Assembly: GCA_963664115.2 (NCBI GenBank)
Contig: CAXWPJ010000009.1
Location: forward strand, 352,001 to 416,000
From: Terriglobia bacterium
GTDB taxonomy: Bacteria; Acidobacteriota; Terriglobia; 20CM-2-55-15
Direction of reading: 5' to 3'
Length of the DNA: 64,000 bases
Shown here: positions 10,424 to 21,689 of the stretch, piece after piece
Numbering within the stretch: the first letter of the stretch is position 1
How the letters are laid out: every line of letters begins with the position of its first letter
Position numbers and translations under genes: made by a program
The notes under the pieces: model-generated
What the model saw: the letters and a program-made list of their open reading frames with translations, nothing else
Databases searched by the model: none
Told to the model about the DNA's origin: nothing

Positions 10424-10723
10424 TCACTCCAGGTAATCATCAATTGAGGCTCCGATTTTCGTCAGGAAAGTGTTGGCTAACGACGGTATACCCCCCAGGT
10501 TCTCGTCGAGCATGATTTTTTCGACACGATGCAGAGGAAAGAATATTGTTGTCGGTCGGACGCCGCTCTCTTCTTCGTTCGAAACGTCATGCATCCAATC
10601 GTCAAAAGACATCAAGTCCAATCCGCGTAGCGTCACACCGGGCGCGCCAATCTCTATCAAGCGGCCGACAAAGCGCTCCTTCGGGCTGTGAAGATTGACG
10701 ACAACGAAACTGTTCACCTGCAT
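10424..10723 (-). CDS. Hypothetical protein, possibly Sm/LSm-like fold
   Basis: AAGGAG RBS before ATG 10723; 99 aa; sits in the operon between trpA and ugd. Confidence 0.75.
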   Translation of the reverse strand: MQVNSFVVVNLHSPKERFVGRLIEIGAPGVTLRGLDLMSFDDWMHDVSNEEESGVRPTTIFFPLHRVEKIMLDENLGGIPSLANTFLTKIGASIDDYLE

Positions 10724-10746
10724 CGCTGTCTCCTTAACAATCGCAG

Positions 10747-11562
10747 CTACGGATGCTGAGGCTCCGGTTCGAGTTGTGTTCCCCGCATCCAACGAATTAA
10801 TGCTCCGACACTTGCGGCCATGTCTGAATGGCCGAGTCGTTTCTCAATCCGGTGCACGATCGCGCTACCTACGATTGCTGCGTCGGCTTCGTCCCAAACG
10901 GCCCGGACGTGTGCCGGCCCGGAGATGCCAAACCCCACGGCAATCGGATGATCGGTGTGTTGCCGCAACCGTCTGACAAAACCGACGAGTTCATCGGACA
11001 ACGCGTCAGTGGCTCCTGTCACGCCGGTGCGGGATACGGCATAAAGAAAACCTGTGGACGTGCGGGCAATCTTCTCGAGTCTTTCGGCGGAACTCGTCGG
11101 CGCGACAAGAAACACAGAATTGAGATTCGCGCCGCTCATTGCATCCACAAACGGACGGGACTCCTCAACCGTGAGATCACTTGCGAGAATACCGTCAAGA
11201 CCGGCGTCAGAAGCTTTTCGGGCAAGCTCGGCTAGCCCCTGATTCAAGAGCGGATTGTAGTAACTCATCAGGAGCAGCGGAATTTCAGACGATAGTCGAA
11301 TCTTTCGAACCAGATCAAGAATACCGTCAACCGAGGTTCCCGACCTTAAAGCTCTTTCCGTCGCTCGCTGGATTACCGGCCCATCGGCAATCGGATCGGA
11401 AAAGGGGACTCCGAGTTCAATGATGTCCGCACCCGCGGCTTCCATTTCAACGACAATCTCAAGCGTGGCATCAAGGTCGGGATCGCCTGCAGTCAGATAA
11501 GGGATGAACGCCTTGCGCCCTTCTGAACGGAGCGTCTCGAACTTCTGGTCGATTCGGCTCAC
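10747..11562 (-). CDS. trpA: Tryptophan synthase alpha chain
   Basis: [31 protein letters not shown]. Confidence 0.97.
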   Translation of the reverse strand: MSRIDQKFETLRSEGRKAFIPYLTAGDPDLDATLEIVVEMEAAGADIIELGVPFSDPIADGPVIQRATERALRSGTSVDGILDLVRKIRLSSEIPLLLMSYYNPLLNQGLAELARKASDAGLDGILASDLTVEESRPFVDAMSGANLNSVFLVAPTSSAERLEKIARTSTGFLYAVSRTGVTGATDALSDELVGFVRRLRQHTDHPIAVGFGISGPAHVRAVWDEADAAIVGSAIVHRIEKRLGHSDMAASVGALIRWMRGTQLEPEPQHP

Positions 11563-12740
11563 TCCGGTTTTCCCTGTTCCAGACGCCCGACTTCTGTCAC
11601 GTCCTTGTCCCCCCGGCCTGAAAGGTTCACGATCGAGACGTCGTTGGGTCCAAGATCCGCTTTCTTCATGTACGCCACGGCATGGGCACTCTCCAGCGCC
11701 GGTATGATGCCTTCAAAACGACTCAACTCATGAAAGGCCTGCAAAGCCTCGTCATCATTGACGGATGTGTATTGGACCCGGCCGGATTCGTGTAGCGCCG
11801 CGTGCTCCGGGCCCACGGCAGGGTAGTCGAGTCCCGCTGAAACCGAGTGGGTCGGCACAACCTGACCGTCCTCGTCCTGGAGAATGTAGGAATAAGTCCC
11901 GTGGAGCACACCGGGCCGCCCTCCTGAAAATCGAGCGGCGTGCTCTCCCAAGGTCGTGCTATACCCACCGGCCTCGACACCCACCATGCGCACCTCCGAC
12001 TCTTCGATGAACGGATGGAACAGGCCAATGGAATTGGAACCACCGCCCACACACGCAACAAGAAGATCCGGCAACCGTCCTTCCTGTGCGATGATCTGCA
12101 CCCGTGCTTCCCGCCCGATTACCGACTGGAAGTCCCGGACCATCTCAGGATAGGGATGGGGCCCGAGGACCGAACCCAACATGTAATAGGTGTTTCGGAC
12201 GTTGGTCACCCAGTCGCGCATGGACTCGTTGATTGCGTCCTTCAGCGTCCGGCTCCCCGAACTTACCGGAAGCACTCGGGCACCCAGAAGCTTCATTCGG
12301 TAAACGTTGAGTTCCTGGCGCCGAATATCCTCTTCGCCCATGTAGACGTCGCACTCCATACCCAGGAGCGCACAAACGGTCGCTGTGGCGACACCATGCT
12401 GACCCGCACCGGTCTCCGCGATAATCCGCTTCTTACCCATTCGCTCAGCCAGCAGGGCCTGGCCCAGACAGTTGTTAATCTTGTGTGCCCCGGTATGGTT
12501 CAAATCCTCCCGTTTCAGGTAGATCTTCCCTTTTCCTAATGCCTCACTCAGCCGTTTCGCGAAATAAAGAGGTGTCGGCCGTCCCGAGTAATGTCGGAAC
12601 AATTCGTCAAGCCGCGCTTCAAAAGAGGAATCCTCCTTGAGCTGCCGATATGCTTCCTCAAGCTCCTGCAACGGATGCATCAAGGTTTCAGGAACGAACT
12701 GACCTCCGTATCCGCCGTAATGACCCTTGATCTCAGACAC
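11559..12740 (-). CDS. trpB: Tryptophan synthase beta chain
   Basis: [37 protein letters not shown]. Confidence 0.98.
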   Translation of the reverse strand: MSEIKGHYGGYGGQFVPETLMHPLQELEEAYRQLKEDSSFEARLDELFRHYSGRPTPLYFAKRLSEALGKGKIYLKREDLNHTGAHKINNCLGQALLAERMGKKRIIAETGAGQHGVATATVCALLGMECDVYMGEEDIRRQELNVYRMKLLGARVLPVSSGSRTLKDAINESMRDWVTNVRNTYYMLGSVLGPHPYPEMVRDFQSVIGREARVQIIAQEGRLPDLLVACVGGGSNSIGLFHPFIEESEVRMVGVEAGGYSTTLGEHAARFSGGRPGVLHGTYSYILQDEDGQVVPTHSVSAGLDYPAVGPEHAALHESGRVQYTSVNDDEALQAFHELSRFEGIIPALESAHAVAYMKKADLGPNDVSIVNLSGRGDKDVTEVGRLEQGKPE

Positions 12741-12772
12741 CGTCTCCGTCCTTTCCGATCGGTATTCGAACC

Positions 12773-13399
12773 TTACTCACAATCTGCCCTGTGCACGGCC
12801 TCTATAAAGCTGCGCATCAATTCGTGGTTTTTCTTGCCAGGAGACTCCTCGACACCGCTGGCGACATCGACTGCAAAGGGATGTAAGGCGTCAATGGCCT
12901 CACCAACGTTTTCCGGCCTTAATCCACCTGCGAGGACAATCCGTCCGAAGGCATTCGCTCCCTCCCCCTGAGACCACTGGAAGGTCTCTCCGGTACCCCC
13001 GACTCCCTTGCCGCTATATGCATCTAACAGGAAAGCGGAGACTGGATACTGCTCGAGGCTCGCCAGTCGAAATTGCTCATTCACTCGAAAGGCTTTGATC
13101 ACTTTGACACGGCTGATCATCGAACAGTAATCCGGCGATTCTTCACCGTGCAACTGAACAGCATCCAGACGGATCGAAAGCGCGAAGTCCTCCAAAGCCT
13201 GGGGGTCATCGTAATTCACGAAAACACCTACGGACGCAACGAACGGTGGCAAGGTATCGATAATTTTCACGGCTCGCCCAACGGTGATTCTTCGCGGACT
13301 CTCCTCGGAAAAATTCAGCCCGATGGCCGCTGCTCCCAGACTCGCCGCATCGCGCGCATCTTCGACTTCGGTCACACCACAAATTTTGATCCGGGTCAA
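12773..13399 (-). CDS. trpF: Phosphoribosylanthranilate isomerase
   Basis: [28 protein letters not shown]. Confidence 0.96.
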   Translation of the reverse strand: MTRIKICGVTEVEDARDAASLGAAAIGLNFSEESPRRITVGRAVKIIDTLPPFVASVGVFVNYDDPQALEDFALSIRLDAVQLHGEESPDYCSMISRVKVIKAFRVNEQFRLASLEQYPVSAFLLDAYSGKGVGGTGETFQWSQGEGANAFGRIVLAGGLRPENVGEAIDALHPFAVDVASGVEESPGKKNHELMRSFIEAVHRADCE

Positions 13400-14187
13400 A
13401 GCAACTCCTTCAAAGCTGCTTCCGGGTCCTCGGAACGAACCAGGCGTTCGCCCACCAGAAACGCATCTGCGCCCGCATCGCCAAGTCTCAGGATGTCGCT
13501 TTTCTGCTGAATACCGCTTTCCGCCACAAACAGAACACCCTCCGGTATCTGCCTCCCCAGACGCATTCCGGTCTCGAGATTCACGTCGAACGTTTTCAGA
13601 TCGCGATTGTTTACACCGACGATTGAAGCCCCTGCCCCAAGTGCTTCCTCAAGTTCGCTCTCGTCATGGACTTCGACCAAGGCATCAATCCCGAATTCAG
13701 TGCACGCCTCCAGAAGCTCGCCTAGCTCATTGGGTTCGAGCATCGCGACAATCAACAAGATCGCACTGGCGCCAGCGGCTCGTGTTTCGGCCAGTTGATA
13801 GGCATCGAAGACGAAATCCTTTCTCAAAATCGGCAATCCGGAACTCCGGGCTGCAAGACCCACCCAAGCGATACTTCCCTGAAAGAAATCTTCTTCGGTA
13901 ACGACCGATATCGCCGACGCCCCAGCCCGGGCGTACATCTCGGCTAATGCCACGACATCGAGGTCGTCGATCAGGACGCCAGCTGACGGCGAAGCTTTCT
14001 TGATTTCGGCGATGATACGCGTTTGTGTGTCCGCCTCCAGAGCCTTTCGGAACGACGGCACGGGATCCCCTGTCGACGCCATTTTCCGCACAATCGCCTC
14101 GGGGACACGGAGTTGGGAATCTTCAACACGTTTGCGCTTTGCAGCCAAAATCCGGGCCAATACATGGGTCTGGGCAAGTTTCTTCAT
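13396..14187 (-). CDS. trpC: Indole-3-glycerol phosphate synthase
   Basis: IAEIKKASPS, LRKDF, LVEVH, GVNNRDL, AESGI. Confidence 0.96.
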   Translation of the reverse strand: MKKLAQTHVLARILAAKRKRVEDSQLRVPEAIVRKMASTGDPVPSFRKALEADTQTRIIAEIKKASPSAGVLIDDLDVVALAEMYARAGASAISVVTEEDFFQGSIAWVGLAARSSGLPILRKDFVFDAYQLAETRAAGASAILLIVAMLEPNELGELLEACTEFGIDALVEVHDESELEEALGAGASIVGVNNRDLKTFDVNLETGMRLGRQIPEGVLFVAESGIQQKSDILRLGDAGADAFLVGERLVRSEDPEAALKELL

Positions 14188-15197
14188 GCCGCCGACAGGG
14201 CCCGAAGTGCTTCGAGTTTCCGAAGGGCATTCCCTGAATCAATCGCATCCGATCCAACTTCGAAACCCGTTCTAAGGTCTTTAGCCAAACCCGCAGCCGT
14301 AATTGCGGCCGCCGCGTTCAGCAAAACGGCATCACGGTGGGGCCCCTTGACGCCTTCGAGCACTCTCCGAACAATACCGGCGTTGGTCTCGGGATCGCCT
14401 CCCTGGATCGAGTCCAACGATGACGGCACCACACCGAATTCCTCCGGTCGCAGAATGAAACTATTCAACTTACCGTCGTGGCACTCGACAATCCGCGTCG
14501 GTGCGGCGACAGAGATTTCGTCAATACCGTCGGTCCCGTGTACAACGAAAGCGTGACTCACGCCAAGTCGATTCGCCGCCCTCGCCATCAGTTCGAGTAT
14601 GTCGGGCGAGTTGACACCGATTACCTGAAAGCGAGCCGAAGCAGGGTTGGCCAGGGGGCCGAGGATATTGAAAACTGTCCGGACTTTGATCTCAGAGCGT
14701 ACAGGCATGACGTGCTTCATCGAAAGATGGAAGGCCTGTGCGAACAAGAAACCAATCCCGATTTCCTCGAGCGCCTTCCTCAGCTTTACGACAGGCATCT
14801 GAATATCGATACCCAAGGCTTCCATGACGTCCGCGCTGCCTGAGCGGCTGCTGACCGATCGATTTCCGTGCTTGGCGACACAGGCGCCGGCACCAGCAGC
14901 TACGAAAGCTGCAGCCGTGGAAATGTTGAAAGTTCCGGACCGGTCACCACCTGTGCCCGCCGTATCAAGCGTATCCGGCGGATCGCCTTCCCAGAGCGGC
15001 TTCGCCTGCTCCCGCATGACCCGGGCAAACCCCACCAGTTCGTCGAGAGTCTCGCCCTTCATCCGCAGCGCAGTCAGAAAGGCCGCTATCTGCACAGGAG
15101 TTGATTGACCGGTCATAATTTCATTCATGACGTCTCGGGCTTCGTTTTCACCCAGATCGATGCCTTCCACCAGCTGTGCGATAGCGTCGGTGATCAT
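14184..15197 (-). CDS. trpD: Anthranilate phosphoribosyltransferase
   Basis: DTAGTGGD, FNIST, KHGNRSVSSRSGSADV. Confidence 0.97.
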   Translation of the reverse strand: MITDAIAQLVEGIDLGENEARDVMNEIMTGQSTPVQIAAFLTALRMKGETLDELVGFARVMREQAKPLWEGDPPDTLDTAGTGGDRSGTFNISTAAAFVAAGAGACVAKHGNRSVSSRSGSADVMEALGIDIQMPVVKLRKALEEIGIGFLFAQAFHLSMKHVMPVRSEIKVRTVFNILGPLANPASARFQVIGVNSPDILELMARAANRLGVSHAFVVHGTDGIDEISVAAPTRIVECHDGKLNSFILRPEEFGVVPSSLDSIQGGDPETNAGIVRRVLEGVKGPHRDAVLLNAAAAITAAGLAKDLRTGFEVGSDAIDSGNALRKLEALRALSAA

Positions 15198-15751
15198 TGC
15201 CTTAAAAAGTTCGACAGAAGGTCGTGTCCAACCTCCGTCAATATCGATTCCGGATGAAACTGAATGCCTTCGGTCGAACCGTCCCGGTGCCGCACACCCA
15301 TGACAATCCCGTCCTTAGTCTTCGCCGTTATTTCAAGACTTTCAGGGAGATCCTCTACCATCAGGGAATGATATCGCGTGGCAGAGAAATCCTGGGGCAG
15401 GTCCTTGAAGATCGTTCGGCCGTCGTGGTGGATACGACTCACTTTGCCGTGCATCAGGGTTGGAGCAGGAACAACACGGCCGCCAAACACTTCGGCGATG
15501 GCTTGATGCCCGAGACACACTCCCAGAATCGGAACTTTGCCATGAAAGTATTCGACGACCTTCTCGGAGATTCCAGCGGTGGACGGAACGCCCGGACCGG
15601 GAGAAACGACGATGCGATCCGGTCCGCTCTCGGCGATGGATTCGACCGTCGTTTTGTCGTTTCGAAAAACACGGAGCTGCGCGCCCAACTCACCGAGATA
15701 CTGTACGAGGTTATAAGTGAAGGAATCATAGTTGTCGATAACGACAATCAT
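15194..15751 (-). CDS. trpG: Anthranilate synthase component II (glutamine amidotransferase)
   Basis: IDNYDSFTYNL, SPGPG, GVCLGHQ, QFHPES. Confidence 0.95.
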   Translation of the reverse strand: MIVVIDNYDSFTYNLVQYLGELGAQLRVFRNDKTTVESIAESGPDRIVVSPGPGVPSTAGISEKVVEYFHGKVPILGVCLGHQAIAEVFGGRVVPAPTLMHGKVSRIHHDGRTIFKDLPQDFSATRYHSLMVEDLPESLEITAKTKDGIVMGVRHRDGSTEGIQFHPESILTEVGHDLLSNFLRQ

Positions 15752-17241
15752 AGTTCCAGGCCCCTTGCGGCCAACTCGACGGCACGTACCAGAGCCCGGG
15801 CTTTGTTTACGGTCTCCATGTATTCGGTCTCGGGTACCGAATCGGCAACGATTCCACCCCCAGCCTGGATATAACCGCGGTCACCGGTCGCAACCAGCGT
15901 CCGGATGGCAATGCACGAATCCAGGTTGTCGCTGAAGTCTGCGTACAGCACTGCTCCGGAATAAACGCCCCGGCGCGTCGGTTCTTGTTCATCAATGATC
16001 TGCATAGCCCGAACCTTCGGTGCACCCGACACGGTCCCGGCAGGAAAGCAGGCCATTAATGCGTCAAAGCGATCCACATCGTCCCGAAGCTCGCCCGATA
16101 AAGAAGAAACCAGATGCATCACGTGGGAATAGCGTTCGATAAACATGAAATCGTCCACGCGGACCGTGCCGTATTTGGACACGCGCCCCATATCGTTGCG
16201 CCCCAAATCAACCAGCATGACGTGCTCGGCCCGTTCCTTTTCATCCGCGAGTAACTCATTCGCAAGTTGCCCATCTTCGAATTCGTCCTGACCGCGCGGA
16301 CGGGTTCCTGCAATGGGCCGGTATTGGGCACTGCGACCGCGGACCTGGATCAACATTTCCGGAGACGCACCCACGATCGACGCTTCGGGTGTCTGGAGAA
16401 AGTACATGTATGGCGACGGGTTGATCATTCTGAGGGCTCTGTAAACTTCAAACGGAGGCGTGGGCAAGTCCACTTCGAAGCGTTGCGCCAGTACCACCTG
16501 GAAAATGTCGCCAGCGGCTATGTATTCCTTGGCCCGGGTGACAGCAGCCAGGTAGTCTGGTTTCTCGAAATTCGATCGGACTTCAATGTCTGCTTGGCTT
16601 CTCGTCGGTGTCGGGATTTCTATCGCCTCGGCCAACAACGCTTCGGTCGTCTCTATTTCCTCGGCCGCTTTCGCATAAAGGGTCTCAATCGATTCGTCGC
16701 TCTCATCTAGGAACAGATTCGACACAATATGAATTTGGTTTTTCAGGTGATCGAAGGCCAGAACGGTCCTGAAAAACATCATCGTGGCGTCGTTGCTACC
16801 CAGATCATCCAGACCGGTATCGGGGATGTCCTCGATCAGGCGGACCATCCCATAGCCGAAATACCCGACCGCACCTCCAGAAAAAGGAGGCAGGCCGGGA
16901 ACCGATACCAAACGAAAGCCACGCATGGTCTGACGTAGATCGTCAAAAAAGTCTTCCCGCTCGTCTGGCGCAAAGTGCCTGTGCCGGGTCTTGTCATCCG
17001 AAGTGTCGGGCGGGGTCGGACCCACGCTGGTCACGAGGAAAGGGTCGCGACCCAGAAACGAATAACGCGCCAGCTTCTCACCCCCCTCGACGGACTCGAG
17101 CAAAAAGGCGTAGCGGCTTCCCTCCCGGAGCTTGAGGAAGGCGGATACCGGGGTCAGGAGGTCGGCAACGACCGATTTGTAAATCGGAACGACGTTGCCA
17201 TCCTTGCCGAGCTGCTCAGCTTCTTTCAGACTGGGATGCAT
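15748..17241 (-). CDS. trpE: Anthranilate synthase component I
   Basis: [45 protein letters not shown]. Confidence 0.96.
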   Translation of the reverse strand: MHPSLKEAEQLGKDGNVVPIYKSVVADLLTPVSAFLKLREGSRYAFLLESVEGGEKLARYSFLGRDPFLVTSVGPTPPDTSDDKTRHRHFAPDEREDFFDDLRQTMRGFRLVSVPGLPPFSGGAVGYFGYGMVRLIEDIPDTGLDDLGSNDATMMFFRTVLAFDHLKNQIHIVSNLFLDESDESIETLYAKAAEEIETTEALLAEAIEIPTPTRSQADIEVRSNFEKPDYLAAVTRAKEYIAAGDIFQVVLAQRFEVDLPTPPFEVYRALRMINPSPYMYFLQTPEASIVGASPEMLIQVRGRSAQYRPIAGTRPRGQDEFEDGQLANELLADEKERAEHVMLVDLGRNDMGRVSKYGTVRVDDFMFIERYSHVMHLVSSLSGELRDDVDRFDALMACFPAGTVSGAPKVRAMQIIDEQEPTRRGVYSGAVLYADFSDNLDSCIAIRTLVATGDRGYIQAGGGIVADSVPETEYMETVNKARALVRAVELAARGLEL

Positions 17242-17845
17242 GGCGGTTCTTCAATTCGCGCGTGACCTCTTCCAGGGACACACCGCGTTCCACGAGCAGG
17301 ACCATCAGGTGATAGATCAGGTCGGCGGTCTCCGACACCAGTTCTCCAGATTCCGGGTTCTTCGAAGCAACAATTGTCTCGGTTGCCTCTTCACCGACTT
17401 TCTTTAGAATCTTGTCCAATCCACTATTAAAGAGGTAGGTCGTGTAGCTACCCTCTGGGCGTAATTCCTTGCGACGTTCGATCAGTTCGAATAGTTGATG
17501 CATGAAACCCTCAAACTGAGGTTCGACATCGAAGCAGGAATACGTCCCTTTGTGGCAGGCCGGGCCGGACGGCGTCACTTCGACCAAGAGAGTGTCACAA
17601 TCACAATCCAGGTGAAGCTTCTGGACCGACTGCAGGTTCCCTGAGGTCGCGCCTTTGTGCCAGATCTCCTGACGGCTCCGACTGTAAAAGTAGGTTTCTC
17701 CTTTGTCGAGCGTCAACTCGAGCGATTCCCGGTTCATGTACGCCATCATCAGGACTTCACGCGTCGCGCGGTCCTGTACGATCGCCGGCACAAGCCCCTG
17801 ACCATCGAACTTGACGCTGTCCAGCATCTTCTTTTTGTCCGTCAT
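17216..17845 (-). CDS. hisIE: Bifunctional phosphoribosyl-AMP cyclohydrolase / phosphoribosyl-ATP pyrophosphatase
   Basis: [33 protein letters not shown]. Confidence 0.96.
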   Translation of the reverse strand: MTDKKKMLDSVKFDGQGLVPAIVQDRATREVLMMAYMNRESLELTLDKGETYFYSRSRQEIWHKGATSGNLQSVQKLHLDCDCDTLLVEVTPSGPACHKGTYSCFDVEPQFEGFMHQLFELIERRKELRPEGSYTTYLFNSGLDKILKKVGEEATETIVASKNPESGELVSETADLIYHLMVLLVERGVSLEEVTRELKNRHASQSERS

Positions 17846-18612
17846 CGAACCATGACTCCCTTCTCCCGAAGGTGCGTCTTGGCTTCCTCGATTGTGAACT
17901 TTCTGAAGTGAAAGATCGATGCCGCCAAAACCGCACTGGCCCGCCCATTGACCAAGGCGTCGAAGAGGTGGTCGAGATTCCCCGCCCCACCGGATGCGAT
18001 CACAGGAATGTCCAAAACAGAGGCGATCTCTCCAGTGAGCTCAATGTCATAGCCGTCGTTCGTGCCGTCCGCGTCCATGCTCGTGAGCAGAATCTCTCCG
18101 GCACCGCACCGGGCCGCCTCCTGGGCCCATTGGACGGCATCGTGGTCAGTCCGGGTGCGGCCTCCATGTGTGTACGCCTGCCATTTAATTGGCCCTCCAT
18201 TCAATGTAGGCTCACGGCGGGCGTCAATGGCGACAACAATACACTGACTGCCGAAGCGCTCGGCCGCTTCGCTAACCAACTCCGGCCGTTCCAGCGCCGA
18301 CGTATTGATCGACACTTTATCGGCCCCCGACCTGAGAATTTCCCGAATGTCGCCTACTGAACGCAGCCCGCCACCGACAGTAAACGGGATGTTGATCGAG
18401 TCGGCGACTCGCCTCACCATATCGGCGACGATCTCTCTCCGGTCCGAGGACGCCGTAATGTCGAGGAAGACCAACTCGTCGGCCCCTTCTTCGGAATAAC
18501 GCAGTCCGGCTTCGATGGGATCCCCTGCATCCCGGAGCTCAAGAAAGTTGACGCCCTTGACGACTCGACCGTCCTTCACGTCCAGACAGGGAATGATGCG
18601 CTTAGCCAACAC
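17842..18612 (-). CDS. hisF: Imidazole glycerol phosphate synthase cyclase subunit
   Basis: [35 protein letters not shown]; probable GTG start at 18612. Confidence 0.97.
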   Translation of the reverse strand: MLAKRIIPCLDVKDGRVVKGVNFLELRDAGDPIEAGLRYSEEGADELVFLDITASSDRREIVADMVRRVADSINIPFTVGGGLRSVGDIREILRSGADKVSINTSALERPELVSEAAERFGSQCIVVAIDARREPTLNGGPIKWQAYTHGGRTRTDHDAVQWAQEAARCGAGEILLTSMDADGTNDGYDIELTGEIASVLDIPVIASGGAGNLDHLFDALVNGRASAVLAASIFHFRKFTIEEAKTHLREKGVMVR

Positions 18613-19339
18613 GGCCGGCCTCCACAAGATCGAGGATTTCCCTCAGGTCAACCCGCCCCTCATACAGAGCCTTTCCAACAATCGCGCCCTCAAGACGTGG
18701 ATGCCTTAATTTTTGTAAATTCTCGATGTCTGGACAGCCCGACACGCCGCCCGACGCAATGATGCGAAGGCCGGTCGCATCTAGCATTTTCTTTGTGGCT
18801 TCCACATTCACACCACCGAGTTCGCCGTCACGGGAAATGTCCGTGTAGATAACAAGTTCAACACCTTGCTCCTCGAGTTTAGCCGCCAGCTCGAGAGCTG
18901 TCAGCCGAGCGTCGCTCGTCCACCCGCGCAAGCGGACTGTTCCGTCACGTGCATCAATGCCGACCGCGATGCGGCCTCCGTAACGCGTAATGGTTTCCCC
19001 CAGCAGGTCCGGATCGCTCACGGCCACGGTGCCCAGAATGACCCGATCGACTCCCGTTCCCAGTATGCGTTCCACCCCCGCCATGTCCCGTATGCCTCCA
19101 CCAACCTGAATCCGTAAATCCGGACACTGCATACGTATCCTCGCGATCGTGTCTATGTTCTGAGACTCTCCGGTGAAAGCCCCGTCCAGGTCTACGACGT
19201 GCAGCCATCGCGCGCCTGCCTCCATCCATTGGCTGGCCATATCGACGGGCCGTCCGTACACTGTCGCGTCCTCGGGTCGGCCCTGCCTCAATCGGACTGC
19301 CTGTCCCCCCAGGATATCGATGGCTGGATATATGTTCAT
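18602..19339 (-). CDS. hisA: ProFAR isomerase
   Basis: [30 protein letters not shown]. Confidence 0.96.
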   Translation of the reverse strand: MNIYPAIDILGGQAVRLRQGRPEDATVYGRPVDMASQWMEAGARWLHVVDLDGAFTGESQNIDTIARIRMQCPDLRIQVGGGIRDMAGVERILGTGVDRVILGTVAVSDPDLLGETITRYGGRIAVGIDARDGTVRLRGWTSDARLTALELAAKLEEQGVELVIYTDISRDGELGGVNVEATKKMLDATGLRIIASGGVSGCPDIENLQKLRHPRLEGAIVGKALYEGRVDLREILDLVEAGRVG

Positions 19340-19935
19340 GATCGAGCAAAGTTGTCGAGAATACGCTCACCGACATGCTGGCTCTTCTCTGGGTGAAACT
19401 GCGTCGCCCAGACGTTCCCATGGCCGACAACTGAAGGAAAATCGATTCCATAGTCCGTCGTGGCGATGACGAGCGCCGGATCTTCCGGGACCGCAGAGTA
19501 AGAGTGTACGAAGTAAACGAAGCTGCCGTCGTCGATGCCTTCAAGAATAACGTCCGATCGTTTCCGGTGAAGCTGGTTCCAACCCATATGTGGAACGTGT
19601 ACACCGTCAGGAATGCGCCGGATTTTCCCAGGGAGAATGCCCAGCCCGCTGTGCCTGCCGAATTCCTCGCTCTCGGTAAACAGGAGGTGCATGCCCAGAC
19701 ACACTCCCAGCATCGGAGTACCTTCGGACACTTTCCGGATAACGACTTCGGTCAATCCAAGTTCGTCAAGGTTGCGCATCGCGTTACCGAATGCGCCGAC
19801 GCCGGGCAGGATCAGTTTCGTGGCCTGTGCCACCTCCTCCGCGCGTGAAGTGACGCAGGTGTCGTGTCGGAGCCGAGCCAGGGTGTTCCGCAGGCTCCTA
19901 AGGTTGTTCAACTTGTAGTCAATAATCGTAATCAT
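19336..19935 (-). CDS. hisH: Imidazole glycerol phosphate synthase amidotransferase subunit
   Basis: LPGVGAF, GVCLGM, VPHMGWN, YFVHSY, QFHPEKS. Confidence 0.96.
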   Translation of the reverse strand: MITIIDYKLNNLRSLRNTLARLRHDTCVTSRAEEVAQATKLILPGVGAFGNAMRNLDELGLTEVVIRKVSEGTPMLGVCLGMHLLFTESEEFGRHSGLGILPGKIRRIPDGVHVPHMGWNQLHRKRSDVILEGIDDGSFVYFVHSYSAVPEDPALVIATTDYGIDFPSVVGHGNVWATQFHPEKSQHVGERILDNFARS

Positions 19936-20025
19936 TTGGATCAAGCGGGGTTTGCATCGGTCACAACTGCTTTACGCGCGCCCTTTTTTGCAGGCGCCTA
20001 CATCGCTTCCACACAGCTAGAACGG

Positions 20026-20616
20026 CTATAACGTTCCTTTGGTCGAAGGTATTTCACCGTCATCAAATACGATTCGCGTTGCCAGATGGATCGCACGGGC
20101 GGCGGCTTTGAACAGGGTCTCAGCAATGTGATGCTGGTTCCGCCCGTAGATGACTTCAGCGTGGAGATTCAGCCGGCCCTCCTGGACAAAGGCCTTGAAG
20201 AACTCCTCGATGAGCTCGGTCTGCAGATCTCCAAGCAAGGCGGTTTCAAACCGTGCGTGGTAGATGAGATATCCCCGGCCGGAAAAGTCCACCACCACTC
20301 GGCTTAGTGCCTCGTCCAGAGGAACATACGCGTGCGCAAATCGGGCGATACCGCGCCGCTCACCCAGCGCTTCGTTAATGGCTTGGCCCAGGGTCTGGCC
20401 CACATCCTCGACGGTATGGTGACCGTCGATTTCCAAGTCGCCCTTAGCTGCGATCTCCAAGTCCAGTCGCCCGTGCCGTGCCAGCTGCGCCAGCATATGA
20501 TCGAAGAAAGGAATGCCGGTTGCGATTTCGTGCTGCCCGCTACCATCCAGGTTCAGCCGAACGCGGATATCGGTTTCTTTCGTCGTCCTCTCTTTTACGG
20601 CTATGCGCGGATTCAT
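20026..20616 (-). CDS. hisB: Imidazoleglycerol-phosphate dehydratase
   Basis: RTTKET, FFDHML, HHTVED, NQHHIAE, PSTKG. Confidence 0.97.
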   Translation of the reverse strand: MNPRIAVKERTTKETDIRVRLNLDGSGQHEIATGIPFFDHMLAQLARHGRLDLEIAAKGDLEIDGHHTVEDVGQTLGQAINEALGERRGIARFAHAYVPLDEALSRVVVDFSGRGYLIYHARFETALLGDLQTELIEEFFKAFVQEGRLNLHAEVIYGRNQHHIAETLFKAAARAIHLATRIVFDDGEIPSTKGTL

Positions 20617-21689
20617 TCCAGTGTCTCCAGTGCCCGGTCGAGGGCCTCAAGGAATCGCGTGTTGTCCTCGGGGGTACCCACGGAAACTCGGAGGCACCTT
20701 TCCAGCATCGGATAGCCACTCACATCTCGCACCAGAACGCCCGCCTGATAGAGTGCATCAAATAATCGGCGGGCGACAAACCGGGTACGAAAGAGAATGA
20801 AGTTGGCCTGAGAGGGAAATTCCTCCACGCCTTCACGGCTGGCCAACTCTGCCGCAAGGAGTTCGCGGGCCGCTATGAGCTTGTTGACAGACCCCTCAAC
20901 CGCAAGTTCTTCCACGATCAATTCCGCCGCCGCCAGCGTGAAAATATTCACGCTGTAAGGTAGTTTCACTTTCCGAATCTCAGCAGCAATCGCCGCGCTG
21001 GCCATCATGTATCCAAACCGGATTCCAGCCAGCGACCATGCTTTCGAAAGTGTTCTCAACAGCAAAAGATTGTCGAACTCCTCCAACAACGGAAAGAGTG
21101 TCCCTCCGCTGAACTCGTGGTACGCCTCATCAATAATAACGAGACCGCGTGCTTCAGAAACGAGTCGCCTGGCATCGGACCGGGCAAGCACTGAACCGGT
21201 GGGACTGTTGGGCGAACAAACAATCACGACGTCCGAGGTGCGCGCGGCTTCCAGCAATGTTTCCACATCAAAGGACAAGTCCGCTTCGTTCAACGGAACA
21301 GGCTGAATGGTGGCACCCGCCGCCTTCGCCATCAATTCGTAGAGAGCAAACGTCGGCTGCGGAATGGCAACGGTCTTCCCCGGACCCAGAGTTACGGCCA
21401 CCGCGGCGCTGATCAGTTCGTTAGAGCCGTTACCGACCAGAATACCGTCCTCAGACCATCCGGAAAATCGAGCGAGCGTCTGAATCAGTTGCTCGGGTAC
21501 GAACTCCGGATAGCGGCCCCAATCACGTTCGAGGACACGAGCCACAATCCTCCGCTTGAGATCGGCGGGAATCTCATACGGATTCTCGTTCTGGTCGAGC
21601 TTCACGTCCGCTTCGAAGTGCGTCAGCGCGTATGCCGATATCGCCCGCACCTCAGGCTTAATGACCTCGAATGGTGATCGATCGGGCAT
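20613..21689 (-). CDS. hisC: Histidinol-phosphate aminotransferase
   Basis: NENP, GNGSNE, DEAY, RTLSKAWSLAGIRFGY. Confidence 0.95.
   Translation of the reverse strand: MPDRSPFEVIKPEVRAISAYALTHFEADVKLDQNENPYEIPADLKRRIVARVLERDWGRYPEFVPEQLIQTLARFSGWSEDGILVGNGSNELISAAVAVTLGPGKTVAIPQPTFALYELMAKAAGATIQPVPLNEADLSFDVETLLEAARTSDVVIVCSPNSPTGSVLARSDARRLVSEARGLVIIDEAYHEFSGGTLFPLLEEFDNLLLLRTLSKAWSLAGIRFGYMMASAAIAAEIRKVKLPYSVNIFTLAAAELIVEELAVEGSVNKLIAARELLAAELASREGVEEFPSQANFILFRTRFVARRLFDALYQAGVLVRDVSGYPMLERCLRVSVGTPEDNTRFLEALDRALETLE

Noticed and set aside
9512-10447. Long antisense ORFs (e.g. 9512-10447, 21556-22455, 26243-27268, 52418-53215)
   Set aside because: They lie opposite well-conserved genes in GC-rich DNA and carry no recognisable motifs.
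17195-17300. Trp attenuator or leader peptide before trpE
   Set aside because: The trpE start overlaps hisIE coding sequence, so there is no leader.
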